From Armatimonadota bacterium (GTDB lineage: Bacteria > Armatimonadota > SYMT01), in NCBI GenBank assembly GCA_041690135.1, contig JAWLHY010000009.1, forward strand, positions 302,066 to 366,065: DNA of 64,000 nucleotides. The letters are read 5' to 3'. This document shows, one piece after another, positions 50,077 to 60,678 of this stretch. The position numbers and the translations under genes are program-made. The first letter of the stretch is position 1. Each line of letters starts with the position of its first letter. The notes beneath the pieces were generated by a model. It saw only the letters and a program-made list of their open reading frames with translations, did no database searches and was not told the origin of the DNA.

Positions 50077-51165
50077 CTACGGCGCGGGTTGGCGCAAGTC
50101 CAGCGTCCGGATCGGTCGCAGCTCCTTCCCCTTGAAGCCTTGGAAGCCCGGCACGTCCAGTTCCGTGAAGAGGATCCCGCTCGGCGTGCCTTCCTGCCCG
50201 TCGGCGGTGATGTAGAGGTCGTTCATGTTGCGTCCACCGAAGCAGACGTTCGTGGGGCCGTAGGCAGGCGTCGGCACCGTGCCGAGGCGACGTCCTTTGG
50301 GGGTGAACACTTCGATGCGCCGGCCGGAGAAGTTGGCGATGTAAACGTTCCCCATCTTATCGATCGTGAGCCCATCGCCGATCCCGCTATTCTCCAGGAA
50401 GCAGAACTCCTTTGGGTCGTCGAGCATGCGGTCCGGCTTGGGAAGGCGGAATTGGAGCACGTTGTGCCGGGTTGACTGGACCACGTAGAGCCTCTCGCTT
50501 TCGGGGTCGACCTCGATGCCGTTGGGGTAGTAGAGGCCGGTGGCGATGCGGTCGACTTTGCCGTCCGGGGTCAGGCGCATGATCCAGCCGTTCGGCTCAC
50601 CGTTGTCGCAGTTGGCCGGGTCGGTCCAGTAGATGATGCCGCGGTCATCCATCGTAAGATCGTTCGTCAATCGGAGCGGCTGTCCGTTCCAGGAGTCGGC
50701 AAGAACCCGCACGGATCCGTCTGGGGCCAGGTCGAGGATCCGATGGCCGCGGTTGTCCGTGCAGATGTAGTGGCCGTCGCGCCGCCGCAGGATACCGGAA
50801 GCTCCCACGTTAAGAAAGGAAACGGCCCGCGGGCCCTGGTCTCCGGGAACGACGCGCTGAATGCCGTCGCCGCAGAAGAGCACTCCGTACCGGTGGTGCC
50901 ACACCGGTCCTTCCACGTGCCCGGGGTGGGGGGCCAGGAGGACCGGCTGTGCCTTCTCGAGGCGCCGGGCGACCTCTTCGCGCGGCAAGCGGTCCTGCCG
51001 GATGAAATCGAGGTGCTGGTAGTCGCGGAAGATGCCCCCGGGGATGCGCAGTGGTTGGGGTACGCGTCCCGCGGCCGCCGCTCCTCCCGGTGCTGCCTGG
51101 GAAACAGCCGCAATCAGACCCATGATGGCCGCCGCTAGAAATGCTTTTCTTCGAATCGGTGCCAC
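50077..51165 (-). CDS. SMP-30/gluconolactonase family protein
   Basis: EGPVW, NDL..D, PNGI, DGLTID and TNVCFGG motifs. Confidence 0.9.
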   Translation of the reverse strand: MAPIRRKAFLAAAIMGLIAAVSQAAPGGAAAAGRVPQPLRIPGGIFRDYQHLDFIRQDRLPREEVARRLEKAQPVLLAPHPGHVEGPVWHHRYGVLFCGDGIQRVVPGDQGPRAVSFLNVGASGILRRRDGHYICTDNRGHRILDLAPDGSVRVLADSWNGQPLRLTNDLTMDDRGIIYWTDPANCDNGEPNGWIMRLTPDGKVDRIATGLYYPNGIEVDPESERLYVVQSTRHNVLQFRLPKPDRMLDDPKEFCFLENSGIGDGLTIDKMGNVYIANFSGRRIEVFTPKGRRLGTVPTPAYGPTNVCFGGRNMNDLYITADGQEGTPSGILFTELDVPGFQGFKGKELRPIRTLDLRQPAP

Positions 51166-51539
51166 GGTTCCATACTCCCTTGTCCCGGCGTTCTCGACCG
51201 CCTCGTGCGCTAAACCCTCTTTCCCCACCCTTAGTTCTACTACTCCCAGCCTGAGTCGCCCCGTTTCACCCAGAGACCGCAATAGGGAAGCCGGCCGTGG
51301 GTGAACTCGTCCCGACCTGTCCCCAAAACGCTGCATGGATGTTGTGTGAAGGCTTCCTACCGCAACCCCAGCGGATACCCGTTGTCTATTTCAGGTACAC
51401 CATGGGGTTCTTGCGCCGTCGTTCTGGTGCGCATCGGAAACCCGCGCAGGCCTACGCCCGGAGGGGTGTAAGCCTGGCAGATAAGTTTGGCCATTTGAAT
51501 GCCGGAAAACAGGATGCCGAGGACGGACGGAGACGGAGC

Positions 51540-54500
51540 GTGAAGAACAGGCAAGTAGGGATCGGCATTGCGGCTCTTATCGCCGCCGGCACGGCAGTAG
51601 GCACGGCGGCGGCCCCCGGACCTCAAAAAGACCCACCTCCCGGGAAAACGGCCTCGCTCCCCGGAGCCGCGACTCGGTTCGCTCCCGAAGCGGTCGAACA
51701 CTTCGAACGCCACGTCCGTCCGCTCTTGCTGGACAAGTGCTACAACTGCCACTCCTCTCTCACTAAAGAGCCGATGGGCGGCCTCCGGCTGGACGGCCGG
51801 GATTTCCTTCTCAAGGGCGGCAAGCGAGGCCCGGCCGTGGTTCCTGGAAGTCCTGAGAAGAGCCTCCTGCTCCGGACGGTCAATCACACCGCGCCCGGCC
51901 TCGCGATGCCTCCGAGCGGCAAACTCACCGCCGCCCAGATCGCCCACCTCACCACCTGGATCAAAGCCGGTGCTCCATGGCCCGCGGCGGTGGCCGTAGT
52001 TCCGAGTGGGAAGTTCCGAGTTCCGAGTAAGGGACGTGCCAACTCGGAACTCGGAACCAGGAACTCGGAACAGTCTTCAGTCCACTGGGCTTTCCAGCCC
52101 GTCCGCAAGCCTGCAATCCCGGTGGTGAAGAACCGGTGGTGGGTGAAGAGCCCGGTCGATGCCTTTGTCCTGGCGGAGTTGGAGAAGAAGGGGCTCAAGC
52201 CGGCTCCCGCGGCGGACCGGCGCACCTTGATCCGCAGGGCAACCTTCGACCTTACCGGTCTCCCGCCGACACCCGCCGAAGTGGCGGCGTTCGTCAACGA
52301 CCGGAGCCCGGATGCGTGGGAGAAGGTCATCGATCGTCTACTGGCGTCGCCGCGGTACGGCGAGCGCTGGGGGCGGCGGTGGCTGGACGTGGCCCGTTAT
52401 GGCGACTCGAACGGGCTGGACGAGAACCTTTGCTTTGCCAACGCGTGGCGCTACCGGGATTATGTGATCGACGCCTTCAACCGGGATAAGCCGTTCGACC
52501 GCTTTGTCCACGAACAGATCGCCGGCGACCTCTTGCCGGCCACGGGGAATGAGGCGGAGGACCAGGCCCGGGTAATCGCCACGGGTTTCCTGGCGTTGGG
52601 CCCCAAGATGCTCGCTGAGGACGACCCGGTCAAGATGGAGATGGACATCATCGACGAGCAGCTCGATACGCTCGGCAAGGCGTTCATGGGTCTCACACTC
52701 GGCTGTGCGCGGTGCCACGACCACAAGTACGACCCGGTATCCCAGAAAGACTACTATGCTCTGGCCGGGATCCTGAAGAGCACGAAGACCATGGAGAACT
52801 TCTCCGTGGTGGCCAGGTGGCACGAGAACGTGTTGGCCTCCCACGCAGATCAGGAGCGGTTGAAGGCCCACGAACAACGGATTGCGGAACGGAAAAGTGA
52901 GCTCAAAGCCCGGACCGAGGAGGCCAATACTACTTTCCTGGCGAGTGAGCGGCGCAAAGCTTCCCGCTATCTTCTGGCGGCCACGCAGCTTCTCCGGCAG
53001 GGTGAGGTGAAGCTGATGCCCGTCGCGGAGGTGCCCAGCCGGCTCAAGGCGGGGGCAACCCAGGTCATCGAAGCCGAAGACTACGTGCGGGGGAATGTCC
53101 GCAAGGACCGGTCCACTTACGGGGCCGGGATCGGCGTGCTGGTGAACCAGGGGCAGTATCCCAACTTCACGGAGTACGAAGTCACCGTTCCCGCTGCTGG
53201 ACCGTACCAGGTCGATCTTCGCTATGCCGCGGCGGAGTCCCGTTCGGTGCGGCTGCTGGTGAACGGCGCGCTGGTTAAGTCCGACGCTGCCCGGCAGGTC
53301 ACGGGGAGCTGGATGCCGGAGGGGCAAAAGTGGTTCGCGGAAGGGGTCTTCACCCTCCGGGCGGGGAAGAACGTCCTTCGCCTGGAGCGGGTGGGGCAGG
53401 CGCCTTTCCCGCACATCGACAAACTCCTGGTGGCGGCGAGTAACCCCCCCGGCGGAAATGATATGCCGGTTACTCCGGAACAACTGGCCCAGGAGCGTGA
53501 ATTGAGCCTGGCGCTGCTCCACCAGTGGACCACGTACCTGCGACGGACCCAGGGAGACCCCGCGTCCGTTCTGGCTCCCTGGCACCGGCGGGCCGGAACT
53601 CGCACCGGGGCGGATCAGCCGGGAGTGGCGGATACCCTGTTCAGTGACCCCTCCTCGCTTTCCCTCGATGCGCTGGCCGACCGGTATCAACTGGCCTGGG
53701 AGGCCGCCGAGGGCGAGTGGCGGGAGCTCCGGAAGGCGGAGCCGGATGCAAAGATGCTGAAAGACCCGGCGCGCGAGGCGCTGCGACAGGTGCTCTACGC
53801 CGCCGAGGGGCCCTACGCGCTGCCGTCTCCGCAGGAGTTCCAGCATGCCCCCACGACCGAGCGGGAGCTGAAGCGGTTGGCGGCCGAGATCCAGGTGTTG
53901 GAGAAGTCCCGGCCGGAGCTTCCCCGCGCGCTCGGCGTGCAGGAAGGAAAGCCCACGGACCTGCGCGTCCATCTGCGCGGCAACTACCTCACCCTGGGCG
54001 AGGAAGCGCCACGGGGCTTCATCCACGCCATCTCCCGCGGCGTGCCAAACTTGCGCGAGGCCACGTCCCAGAGCGGTCGCCTGGAGTTGGCACGCTGGTT
54101 GACCGCTCCCGAAAACCCACTCACGGCCCGGGTCATCGTCAACCGTGTCTGGCTCGGCCACTTCGGCGAAGGTATCGTCCGCAGCCCCGACAACTTCGGC
54201 AAACTCGGCGAGCGCCCCTCGCACCCCGAGCTTCTCGACTGGCTGGCCTCTGTGTTTTCCGGATCGGGTGAGTTCACCACGACGCAGAAGCGCAAGGGGG
54301 GACCGAGCAACTCGAACCGGTACGGCTTGGCAGAACGCAGGGGCGCAGGGGCGCAGGGGGAAAGGGGGATCCGAACTTTGCGCACCGTTGCAGCTTCTGA
54401 TTCCCAGGGTTCGGATTACGCATTAAGCAACGCGCATTACGCATCCGGCACCAGTCCCCGACCCCTGACCCCCGACCCCGCCGAAGGCATGGGCTGGAGT

Positions 54501-55178
54501 TTGAAGCGGCTCCATCGTCTCCTCATGACTTCCAGTGCCTACCGGATGAGTACCGCTTACAGCGCGAAAGCGGCTGCGGTCGATCCGGAGAACCGGCTGC
54601 TCTGGCGCATGAACCGGCGGCGCCTGGACGTAGAGGAGCTCCGGGACGGCATTCTGTCCGTGAGCGGCAAGCTCGACCTCACCATGGGCGGCACGTTATT
54701 GCCGCTGAAGAACCGCGAGTACGTCACCAGCACGGCGAACCGGGACACGACGGACTACAACTCACCCCGGCGCGCCGTCTATCTGCCGGTGGTCCGCAGT
54801 TCGCTCTACGACGTCTTCACGGCCTTCGACTTCGGCGATCCGAGTGTGGTCAACGGGCAGCGATTGAACACCACCGTCGCCCCGCAGGCGTTGTTCATGC
54901 TGAACGGTGACCTGATGTTCCGGCAAACTCGCGCCCTGGCCCAGGATCTCCTCGCGAAAGCCGAGCTGGATGACCGGTCTCGCTTGGCGACCGTTTATGA
55001 GCGCTGCTTCAGCCGTCCGCCAACCGCCGCGGAAACGCAGCGGATGCTGGCGTTCCTGCACCGGGTGGAGACGGCATGGGCGAACGGGGTTCCCGATGCT
55101 GGAGAGCGGAAGGTCAAAGCCTGGCAAAGCATATGTCGCGTGCTGCTGGCTTCCAACGAGTTTCTGTACCTGGAATGA
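51540..55178 (+). CDS. PSD1/planctomycete cytochrome c protein (DUF1549 + CBM-like + DUF1553) with in-frame inserts
   Basis: CYNCH, CARCHDH; IEAED...YQVDLRYAA...GKNVLRL CBM-like module; GTG start. Confidence 0.92.
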   Translation: MKNRQVGIGIAALIAAGTAVGTAAAPGPQKDPPPGKTASLPGAATRFAPEAVEHFERHVRPLLLDKCYNCHSSLTKEPMGGLRLDGRDFLLKGGKRGPAVVPGSPEKSLLLRTVNHTAPGLAMPPSGKLTAAQIAHLTTWIKAGAPWPAAVAVVPSGKFRVPSKGRANSELGTRNSEQSSVHWAFQPVRKPAIPVVKNRWWVKSPVDAFVLAELEKKGLKPAPAADRRTLIRRATFDLTGLPPTPAEVAAFVNDRSPDAWEKVIDRLLASPRYGERWGRRWLDVARYGDSNGLDENLCFANAWRYRDYVIDAFNRDKPFDRFVHEQIAGDLLPATGNEAEDQARVIATGFLALGPKMLAEDDPVKMEMDIIDEQLDTLGKAFMGLTLGCARCHDHKYDPVSQKDYYALAGILKSTKTMENFSVVARWHENVLASHADQERLKAHEQRIAERKSELKARTEEANTTFLASERRKASRYLLAATQLLRQGEVKLMPVAEVPSRLKAGATQVIEAEDYVRGNVRKDRSTYGAGIGVLVNQGQYPNFTEYEVTVPAAGPYQVDLRYAAAESRSVRLLVNGALVKSDAARQVTGSWMPEGQKWFAEGVFTLRAGKNVLRLERVGQAPFPHIDKLLVAASNPPGGNDMPVTPEQLAQERELSLALLHQWTTYLRRTQGDPASVLAPWHRRAGTRTGADQPGVADTLFSDPSSLSLDALADRYQLAWEAAEGEWRELRKAEPDAKMLKDPAREALRQVLYAAEGPYALPSPQEFQHAPTTERELKRLAAEIQVLEKSRPELPRALGVQEGKPTDLRVHLRGNYLTLGEEAPRGFIHAISRGVPNLREATSQSGRLELARWLTAPENPLTARVIVNRVWLGHFGEGIVRSPDNFGKLGERPSHPELLDWLASVFSGSGEFTTTQKRKGGPSNSNRYGLAERRGAGAQGERGIRTLRTVAASDSQGSDYALSNAHYASGTSPRPLTPDPAEGMGWSLKRLHRLLMTSSAYRMSTAYSAKAAAVDPENRLLWRMNRRRLDVEELRDGILSVSGKLDLTMGGTLLPLKNREYVTSTANRDTTDYNSPRRAVYLPVVRSSLYDVFTAFDFGDPSVVNGQRLNTTVAPQALFMLNGDLMFRQTRALAQDLLAKAELDDRSRLATVYERCFSRPPTAAETQRMLAFLHRVETAWANGVPDAGERKVKAWQSICRVLLASNEFLYLE
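51998..52071. repeat. In-frame inverted heptamer hairpin (GTTCCGA)n...(TCGGAAC)n
   Basis: agttccgagt...agttccgagttccgagt / actcggaactcggaaccaggaactcggaac. Confidence 0.8.
54249..54491 (+). mobile_element. In-frame repeat-rich insert 3 in the DUF1553 loop
   Basis: 81 codons between LDWLA and GW; shares its core with inserts 1 and 2 and the PAEG end with insert 1. Confidence 0.75.
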
Positions 55179-56683
55179 GTGAGGGTAGGGGAATGGATCC
55201 GAAACATTGGTACTCTGGAGCTGGGCGGCCCACGACGCGGCGCGAGATGCTGCAGTCCGCCAGCGCGGGCTTTGGCGCCCTCGCTCTTTCCGCTCTCCTG
55301 GGAGAGGAAGCCCAGGGTGCATCCGGCTCCGCGCGGGGTTCAGTGAGTTCTCCCCAAAGCCCAAAGCCCAAAGGCCAAAGCCCAACATCCACTCCCGACC
55401 CCCTCTCGCCACGCCGGCCGCACTTTACTCCGCGGGCAAAGCGGGTCATCTTCCTGTTCATGCACGGCGGGCCCTCGCAGATCGACACGTTCGATTACAA
55501 GCCGGCGCTGGAGCGGGACCACGGCAAGCCGCTTCCGTTCCCCAAGCCGCGCATCGTATCGGCCGCCACGGGTAACGTGCTCAAGTCGCCGTTCGCCTTC
55601 AAGCAATATGGGGAAAGCGGAGCGTGGGTGAGCGAGCTCTTTCCGCACGTCGCGGGAATCGTGGACGACTTGTGCTTCATCCGTTCCATGTATTGCTCCA
55701 ACTCGCGCCACGGCGGCGCGCTCCTGGAGTTGCACACCGGCAGTGACACCTTCGTGCGTCCGAGTATGGGCTCCTGGATCACCTATGGCTTGGGGACCGA
55801 GAACCGCAATCTCCCCGGCTACCTCACCATCTGCCCGACGCTTACCCACGGAGGGGTGAACAACTGGTCCTCCGCCTTCCTCCCGGCTCCGTACCAGGGG
55901 ACGCCCATCGGGAACGCGAGCATCCCGTCCGAGCAGGCGAAGATCCCGTTCATCAGCCACCCGGAAAGCGTTCGCGACATCCAGCGCATGGAGCTCGACC
56001 TGCTGCGCGAGATCAATACGGAGCGGCTGGCAAAGACCGGCCCGGACGCGGCTCTCGAGGGTCGGATCGAGGCCTTCGAGCTGGCGTTCCGGATGCAGGC
56101 AGCCGCGCCGGAGTTGCAGGACATCTCCGGCGAGAGCCCGGAGACCTACAAGCTGTACGGCCTGGATGACCCGAAGACCCGCAATTTCGGCCAGCAATGC
56201 CTGATGGCCCGCCGCTTCGTGGAGCGGGGTGTACGGTTCGTCCAGTGCACTCACAGCTACAAGTGGGACCAGCACGACAACCTCCGTGCCGGGCACACTG
56301 GCAATGCGGCGGAGGTGGACCGGCCGATTGCGGGCCTGATCCGAGACCTGAAAGCGCGTGGCCTGCTGGAGGATACCCTTGTCCTCTGGGGTGGGGAATT
56401 CGGCCGCACTCCGTGTGTGCAGGGTGGGGACGGCCGCGACCATAACCCCCACGGCTTCACCATGTGGCTGGCCGGCGGCGGAGTGAAGCCGGGGCTCGTT
56501 TATGGCTCGACCGACGACTACGGATACTATGCCGTGGACAAGAAGGTCCACTTCCACGACCTCCACGCCACGATCCTGCACCTGCTCGGCCTCGACCACC
56601 GACGCCTGACGTACCGGTACGCTGGCCGCGACTTCCGCCTCACCGACGTCCACGGCGAGATCATCCACGACATCCTGGTGTAA
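55175..56683 (+). CDS. DUF1501 protein, Tat signal
   Basis: TRREML; FMHGGPSQIDTFD; WGGEFGRTP; GRDHN; start 55175 or 55193. Confidence 0.92.
   Translation: MSEGRGMDPKHWYSGAGRPTTRREMLQSASAGFGALALSALLGEEAQGASGSARGSVSSPQSPKPKGQSPTSTPDPLSPRRPHFTPRAKRVIFLFMHGGPSQIDTFDYKPALERDHGKPLPFPKPRIVSAATGNVLKSPFAFKQYGESGAWVSELFPHVAGIVDDLCFIRSMYCSNSRHGGALLELHTGSDTFVRPSMGSWITYGLGTENRNLPGYLTICPTLTHGGVNNWSSAFLPAPYQGTPIGNASIPSEQAKIPFISHPESVRDIQRMELDLLREINTERLAKTGPDAALEGRIEAFELAFRMQAAAPELQDISGESPETYKLYGLDDPKTRNFGQQCLMARRFVERGVRFVQCTHSYKWDQHDNLRAGHTGNAAEVDRPIAGLIRDLKARGLLEDTLVLWGGEFGRTPCVQGGDGRDHNPHGFTMWLAGGGVKPGLVYGSTDDYGYYAVDKKVHFHDLHATILHLLGLDHRRLTYRYAGRDFRLTDVHGEIIHDILV
55353..55385 (+). repeat. In-frame CCCAAAG heptamer array
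   Basis: cccaaag cccaaag cccaaag gccaaag cccaa. Confidence 0.75.
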
Positions 56684-56720
56684 AAGCTTCCTTTCCGGCT
56701 ATTGCGGCTGCCGGGAGCTC

Positions 56721-57329
56721 TCAGTCGGAAACGGGCGAATCGCGCAGTTCCTCGAACGCGTAGACGCTCTTGCGCCCGATCCCCGCATACCGGATCCTGC
56801 CGTAGAGAGCATGCTTCCGCCACGGCATGCTCCGCATCTCCTCCCCGGCGACCGGAAGGGTAGGAACCCCAGGAAAAGGTCCGGTTCGTTGGGCCGCCAG
56901 GCGCTCGGAATAGGCATTCTTGATCCGGTTGAAGACACCCGGGGTGAACGTGTGGAAATATCGGGGTTCACCCGAGGATACCGGATGGACGACTATGATC
57001 GGCGGGTCTACCGCACGGTGCCGGCCTCGCCAGGAAGTCTGGCGATAGGGAGCGACCCAGCCACTGACCTCTCCCTCCCCCAGGCGCAGGTGCACATCCA
57101 GTTGGAAGGCATAGGCCAGCGAGGCAACCAGGACACAGAGGAGAGCAACCCACCAGGGTGAGCGGAGAAAGCTCCGGCATGAGGGCGAGCTTCCTACCCG
57201 CTGCCTTCTCGCACTTTCCCATCGGCCGGTGGTGCCACGGGAGGTGGCCGCTTCACTTTTCTGTCTCCGCCGCAGCTTCGGCAGTCGATCCGGCCGGTTG
57301 CGAAACCTTCTATCCCGTTCGTGTCTCAT
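56721..57329 (-). CDS. Hypothetical protein with one TM segment
   Basis: WWVALLCVLVASLAYAF segment; fills the intergenic gap; start uncertain. Confidence 0.4.
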   Translation of the reverse strand: MRHERDRRFRNRPDRLPKLRRRQKSEAATSRGTTGRWESARRQRVGSSPSCRSFLRSPWWVALLCVLVASLAYAFQLDVHLRLGEGEVSGWVAPYRQTSWRGRHRAVDPPIIVVHPVSSGEPRYFHTFTPGVFNRIKNAYSERLAAQRTGPFPGVPTLPVAGEEMRSMPWRKHALYGRIRYAGIGRKSVYAFEELRDSPVSD

Positions 57330-57495
57330 GCAGGTTCCCCAACAGTTGAACGGGAAACTTTAGGGATGGTTGCGGTGAGGAAATAGGGCTTCGAGCCAGT
57401 ACACCGGAATGAGCTCGTCTTCTTGCCTTCTTCTGTGCCCCTCCGTCCAGTCCGTGTCATCCGTGTCAAATCGGAAGCGGTGCCGACCTACGAAG

Positions 57496-60400
57496 ATGCT
57501 CCGACTCCTTACGCTCCTCCTCACGTTCGCCCTGGTCACGTGCGCCGCCGGTCCGCTCCGGGCGCAGCTCACCCTGCCCGAGGAACAACCGATCCGGATC
57601 GGTCGCTACCCGGCTGTTTCGCCGGACGGAAGCCGACTCTGCTTCACCTATCAAGGCAATCTCTGGGTCGTCCCGGCGCAGGGTGGTCCTGCCACCCGCA
57701 TCACGGCCAGCGATGCCTACGACAGCAACCCGCGCTGGTCGCCTGACGGGAAGTGGCTTGCATTCAACTCGGACCGGGAGGGAGGGAGCCAGGTATTCCT
57801 GATCCCGGCCGTGGGCGGACCGGTCCGGCAGCTCACCTTCCACAGTGTGGAGACCACGGTTCACGACTGGTTCCCCGATAACCAGAGCCTGCTCGTGACG
57901 ACCTCCCGAGAGACCTACCGTCCCGGCATCTACCGCCTCGATGCGGTGACGGGGCGGCTCAAGCTGCTGGTGATCGATGAGAGTAAGTGCCTCTTCCCTT
58001 CGGTCTCTCCGGACGGAAACTGGATCGCCTACACCCGCGGGGCTTTGGTTGATCTCATCCGCAAGGGCTACCGGGGGTCAGCGAACTACGACATCTATGT
58101 CGCGCCGGTCGACCGCTCCTCGCCGCCCCGGCCGTTGACGGAGACGGACTGCAACGAGATGTGGCCCGTGTGGGGCGTGGACAACACCACCGTCTACTTC
58201 ACTAGCGAACGGGACGGGCTGGCGACGATCTGGAGGCAGTCTCGCGAAGGCGGGCGCGCGGCCCAGGTGGTCGCCGTTCCGGCGGATGCGATCCGCTTTC
58301 CCACGATCGCACGGAACGGCTCGCTGCTCGCGTTCGAGTGCGACAACCGGATCTGCACCGCTCCGGCGCAGTCCGGCAAAACGCGCGCGCAGGAAGTCAG
58401 CATCCTCTGCCGCACCGATGAACGGGGACCGAAGACCGTGCACGCCACCTTTACGGACAGCAATGTCTCGGAGTTTGCGCTCTCACCCGATGGGAAGCGC
58501 GTCGCCCTGGTGGTGCGCGGCGATGTCTTCGTCACGCCGGTGGATCGCGGTGCGGAAGCGTGGCGGTTGACGGATAATCCGACCCGCGACCAGGATCTCA
58601 CCTGGTCCCCCGACGGCAAGACGCTGGTCTATTCTTCCAACCGGGACGGTGGATACCGTCTCTACGCGGTGGACGTCCTTTCCCGCACCACGAAGCAGCT
58701 AACGCGCGGTACGGGGATCGACACCGATCCGCAGTTCTCCCCGGACGGGAAATGGATCGCCTTCCGGCGCGGGCCGCAGACGTCGCTGTATCTAATCCGG
58801 CCGGACGGCCGCGGCGAGCAGCCGGCGGTAACAGGTCCGAAGATCTACGAATTCCGCTGGGCACCGGACGGTAAGTGGCTGGCGTTCTCGCGTGAGGATG
58901 AGATCCGGAACCGGGATGCCTGGATCGTCTCGGCAGCGGTCGGCGAGACGGGCGTGATCATGGGAACGCCAGTGAACGTGACGGATCACCCCGGCTTCAA
59001 TGACCACGTCCGGTGGCTTCCGGATGGCTCTCGACTGGCGTTCCGTTCGAACCGGTACCGGAACCGGGACATCGAAACGATCAACCATCAGGGCCGTTAC
59101 GCCCTCTACACCGTCTCTCTCGAGCGTGAGAAGGAGAAGTTGGAGACGGAAGAAGATGTGGTGAAACCGGCTGAACCCGTGAAGACGGGTGGTGAGAAGA
59201 AGAAGCCGGAGGTGAAGGTCGAGTTCGAGGAGATCGAGCAGCGCGCGAAACAGATCGTGGGCCTGGAAGAAGGCATGACGGCTTTCTCGGTGTCGCCGGA
59301 CAGCAAGACTCTGGTCCTGGTGGCCCGCAGCATGGGCAAGAGCGACCTCTGGCAGGCGAGCGCGGACGGGAGTTCCTTGCAGCGCCTGACCACGAACGGC
59401 ACGTCGACGTGGGATATCCAGTGGGCCCCGGACTCTTCCCGCTTTTACTACCACAGTGGGGGTGCGGTCCGCTGGATAAACCGGGGTGGGGGAGCGTCGG
59501 GCACCGTGTCGTTCACGGCCCGGATGGAAATTGACCGGCTGGTGGATTACCGGGCCGCGTTCGACGAGGCATGGCAGATCCTCAATGATGGTTTCTACGA
59601 CCGCACCTTCCACGGCGTGGACTGGAAGGGAATGGCCGCCAAATACCGGCCCCTGATCGATCACGCCACGACCCGACGGGACTTCAACTACCTGCTCCAG
59701 CAGATGTTCGGAGAACTGAATGCCTCCCATACCGGGATCAGCGGTGGCGGCTCGCGGCCTTACCGGGCGACCGGGTACCTAGGAGTCTGGCTGGACGAGG
59801 AATATCCCGGCCCCGGTGTGAAGGTGGCCCAAGTGATGAAACGAAGCCCCACGGACCGGCCCGAGAGTCGCCTGGCACCCGGTGACCTTATCCTGGAGAT
59901 CGATGGAAAGGCAATTCAGCCGGGAGCCGACTACGACCGGGCTCTTGAAGATAAAGCCGGCCGCACCGTCACCTTGACGGTTAACCGGATGCCGGTGAAG
60001 GAAGGCGCGCGCACGGTCCGCGCCAAGCCGATCAGCCGTTCCGCCTGGAGTTCTCTGCTCTACGAGAAGCGAATCGACGAGAGCCGCGAGATCGTGAAGA
60101 AGGCGTCGGAAGGACGCGTCGGCTACCTCCATGTGGCGGATATGGGGGACACCGCCCGCAATCGTTTCGAGCGGGAGCTGTTCAGCATCGGCCGGCGGGC
60201 CGAGGCGGTAGTGCTCGACCTACGCGGCAACAACGGGGGCGACACGCACGACAGTCTGCTCCGGATCCTGGCCCGGAACCGGCACTACTTCACCTTTTCT
60301 CCCCGCCTGGAAACGCCGTTCCCGCAGCCGGAGCGCGCCGTGGTCAAGCCGATCATCCTGCTGATCAATGAGTTCTCGCTAAGCGACGCGGAAGTCTTCG

Positions 60401-60678
60401 CCAACGGCTTCCGGGAGCTTGGACTCGGCAAGATCCTGGGCCAGCCGACGATGGGTTGGATCATTTTCACGACCAGCCGCAGCCTGATCGACGGGAGCAC
60501 TATCCGGCTACCGCACCTGGGGTGCTACACCCTCGACGGGCGGGACATGGAAAACTGGGGAGTGCCACCGGACCTTCGCGTGGAGAACACCCCGGAGGAT
60601 TACCTTGCCGGTCGGGATCCCCAGTTGGAGCGAGCGGTGAACGAGTTGCTCAAGCACGAAAAACTTAAGAGGAAATGA
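57496..60678 (+). CDS. Tricorn protease-like S41 peptidase (PD40 propellers, PDZ)
   Basis: WSPDG repeats; GELNASHT; DLRGNNGG; FSLSDAE catalytic Ser region; ENWGVPPD; DPQLERAV. Confidence 0.92.
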   Translation: MLRLLTLLLTFALVTCAAGPLRAQLTLPEEQPIRIGRYPAVSPDGSRLCFTYQGNLWVVPAQGGPATRITASDAYDSNPRWSPDGKWLAFNSDREGGSQVFLIPAVGGPVRQLTFHSVETTVHDWFPDNQSLLVTTSRETYRPGIYRLDAVTGRLKLLVIDESKCLFPSVSPDGNWIAYTRGALVDLIRKGYRGSANYDIYVAPVDRSSPPRPLTETDCNEMWPVWGVDNTTVYFTSERDGLATIWRQSREGGRAAQVVAVPADAIRFPTIARNGSLLAFECDNRICTAPAQSGKTRAQEVSILCRTDERGPKTVHATFTDSNVSEFALSPDGKRVALVVRGDVFVTPVDRGAEAWRLTDNPTRDQDLTWSPDGKTLVYSSNRDGGYRLYAVDVLSRTTKQLTRGTGIDTDPQFSPDGKWIAFRRGPQTSLYLIRPDGRGEQPAVTGPKIYEFRWAPDGKWLAFSREDEIRNRDAWIVSAAVGETGVIMGTPVNVTDHPGFNDHVRWLPDGSRLAFRSNRYRNRDIETINHQGRYALYTVSLEREKEKLETEEDVVKPAEPVKTGGEKKKPEVKVEFEEIEQRAKQIVGLEEGMTAFSVSPDSKTLVLVARSMGKSDLWQASADGSSLQRLTTNGTSTWDIQWAPDSSRFYYHSGGAVRWINRGGGASGTVSFTARMEIDRLVDYRAAFDEAWQILNDGFYDRTFHGVDWKGMAAKYRPLIDHATTRRDFNYLLQQMFGELNASHTGISGGGSRPYRATGYLGVWLDEEYPGPGVKVAQVMKRSPTDRPESRLAPGDLILEIDGKAIQPGADYDRALEDKAGRTVTLTVNRMPVKEGARTVRAKPISRSAWSSLLYEKRIDESREIVKKASEGRVGYLHVADMGDTARNRFERELFSIGRRAEAVVLDLRGNNGGDTHDSLLRILARNRHYFTFSPRLETPFPQPERAVVKPIILLINEFSLSDAEVFANGFRELGLGKILGQPTMGWIIFTTSRSLIDGSTIRLPHLGCYTLDGRDMENWGVPPDLRVENTPEDYLAGRDPQLERAVNELLKHEKLKRK

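Noticed and set aside
51294-51318. Third copy of the GTAG REP upstream of the last PSD1 gene
   Set aside because: Only a short gtgaactcg match; no GTAG or second hairpin.
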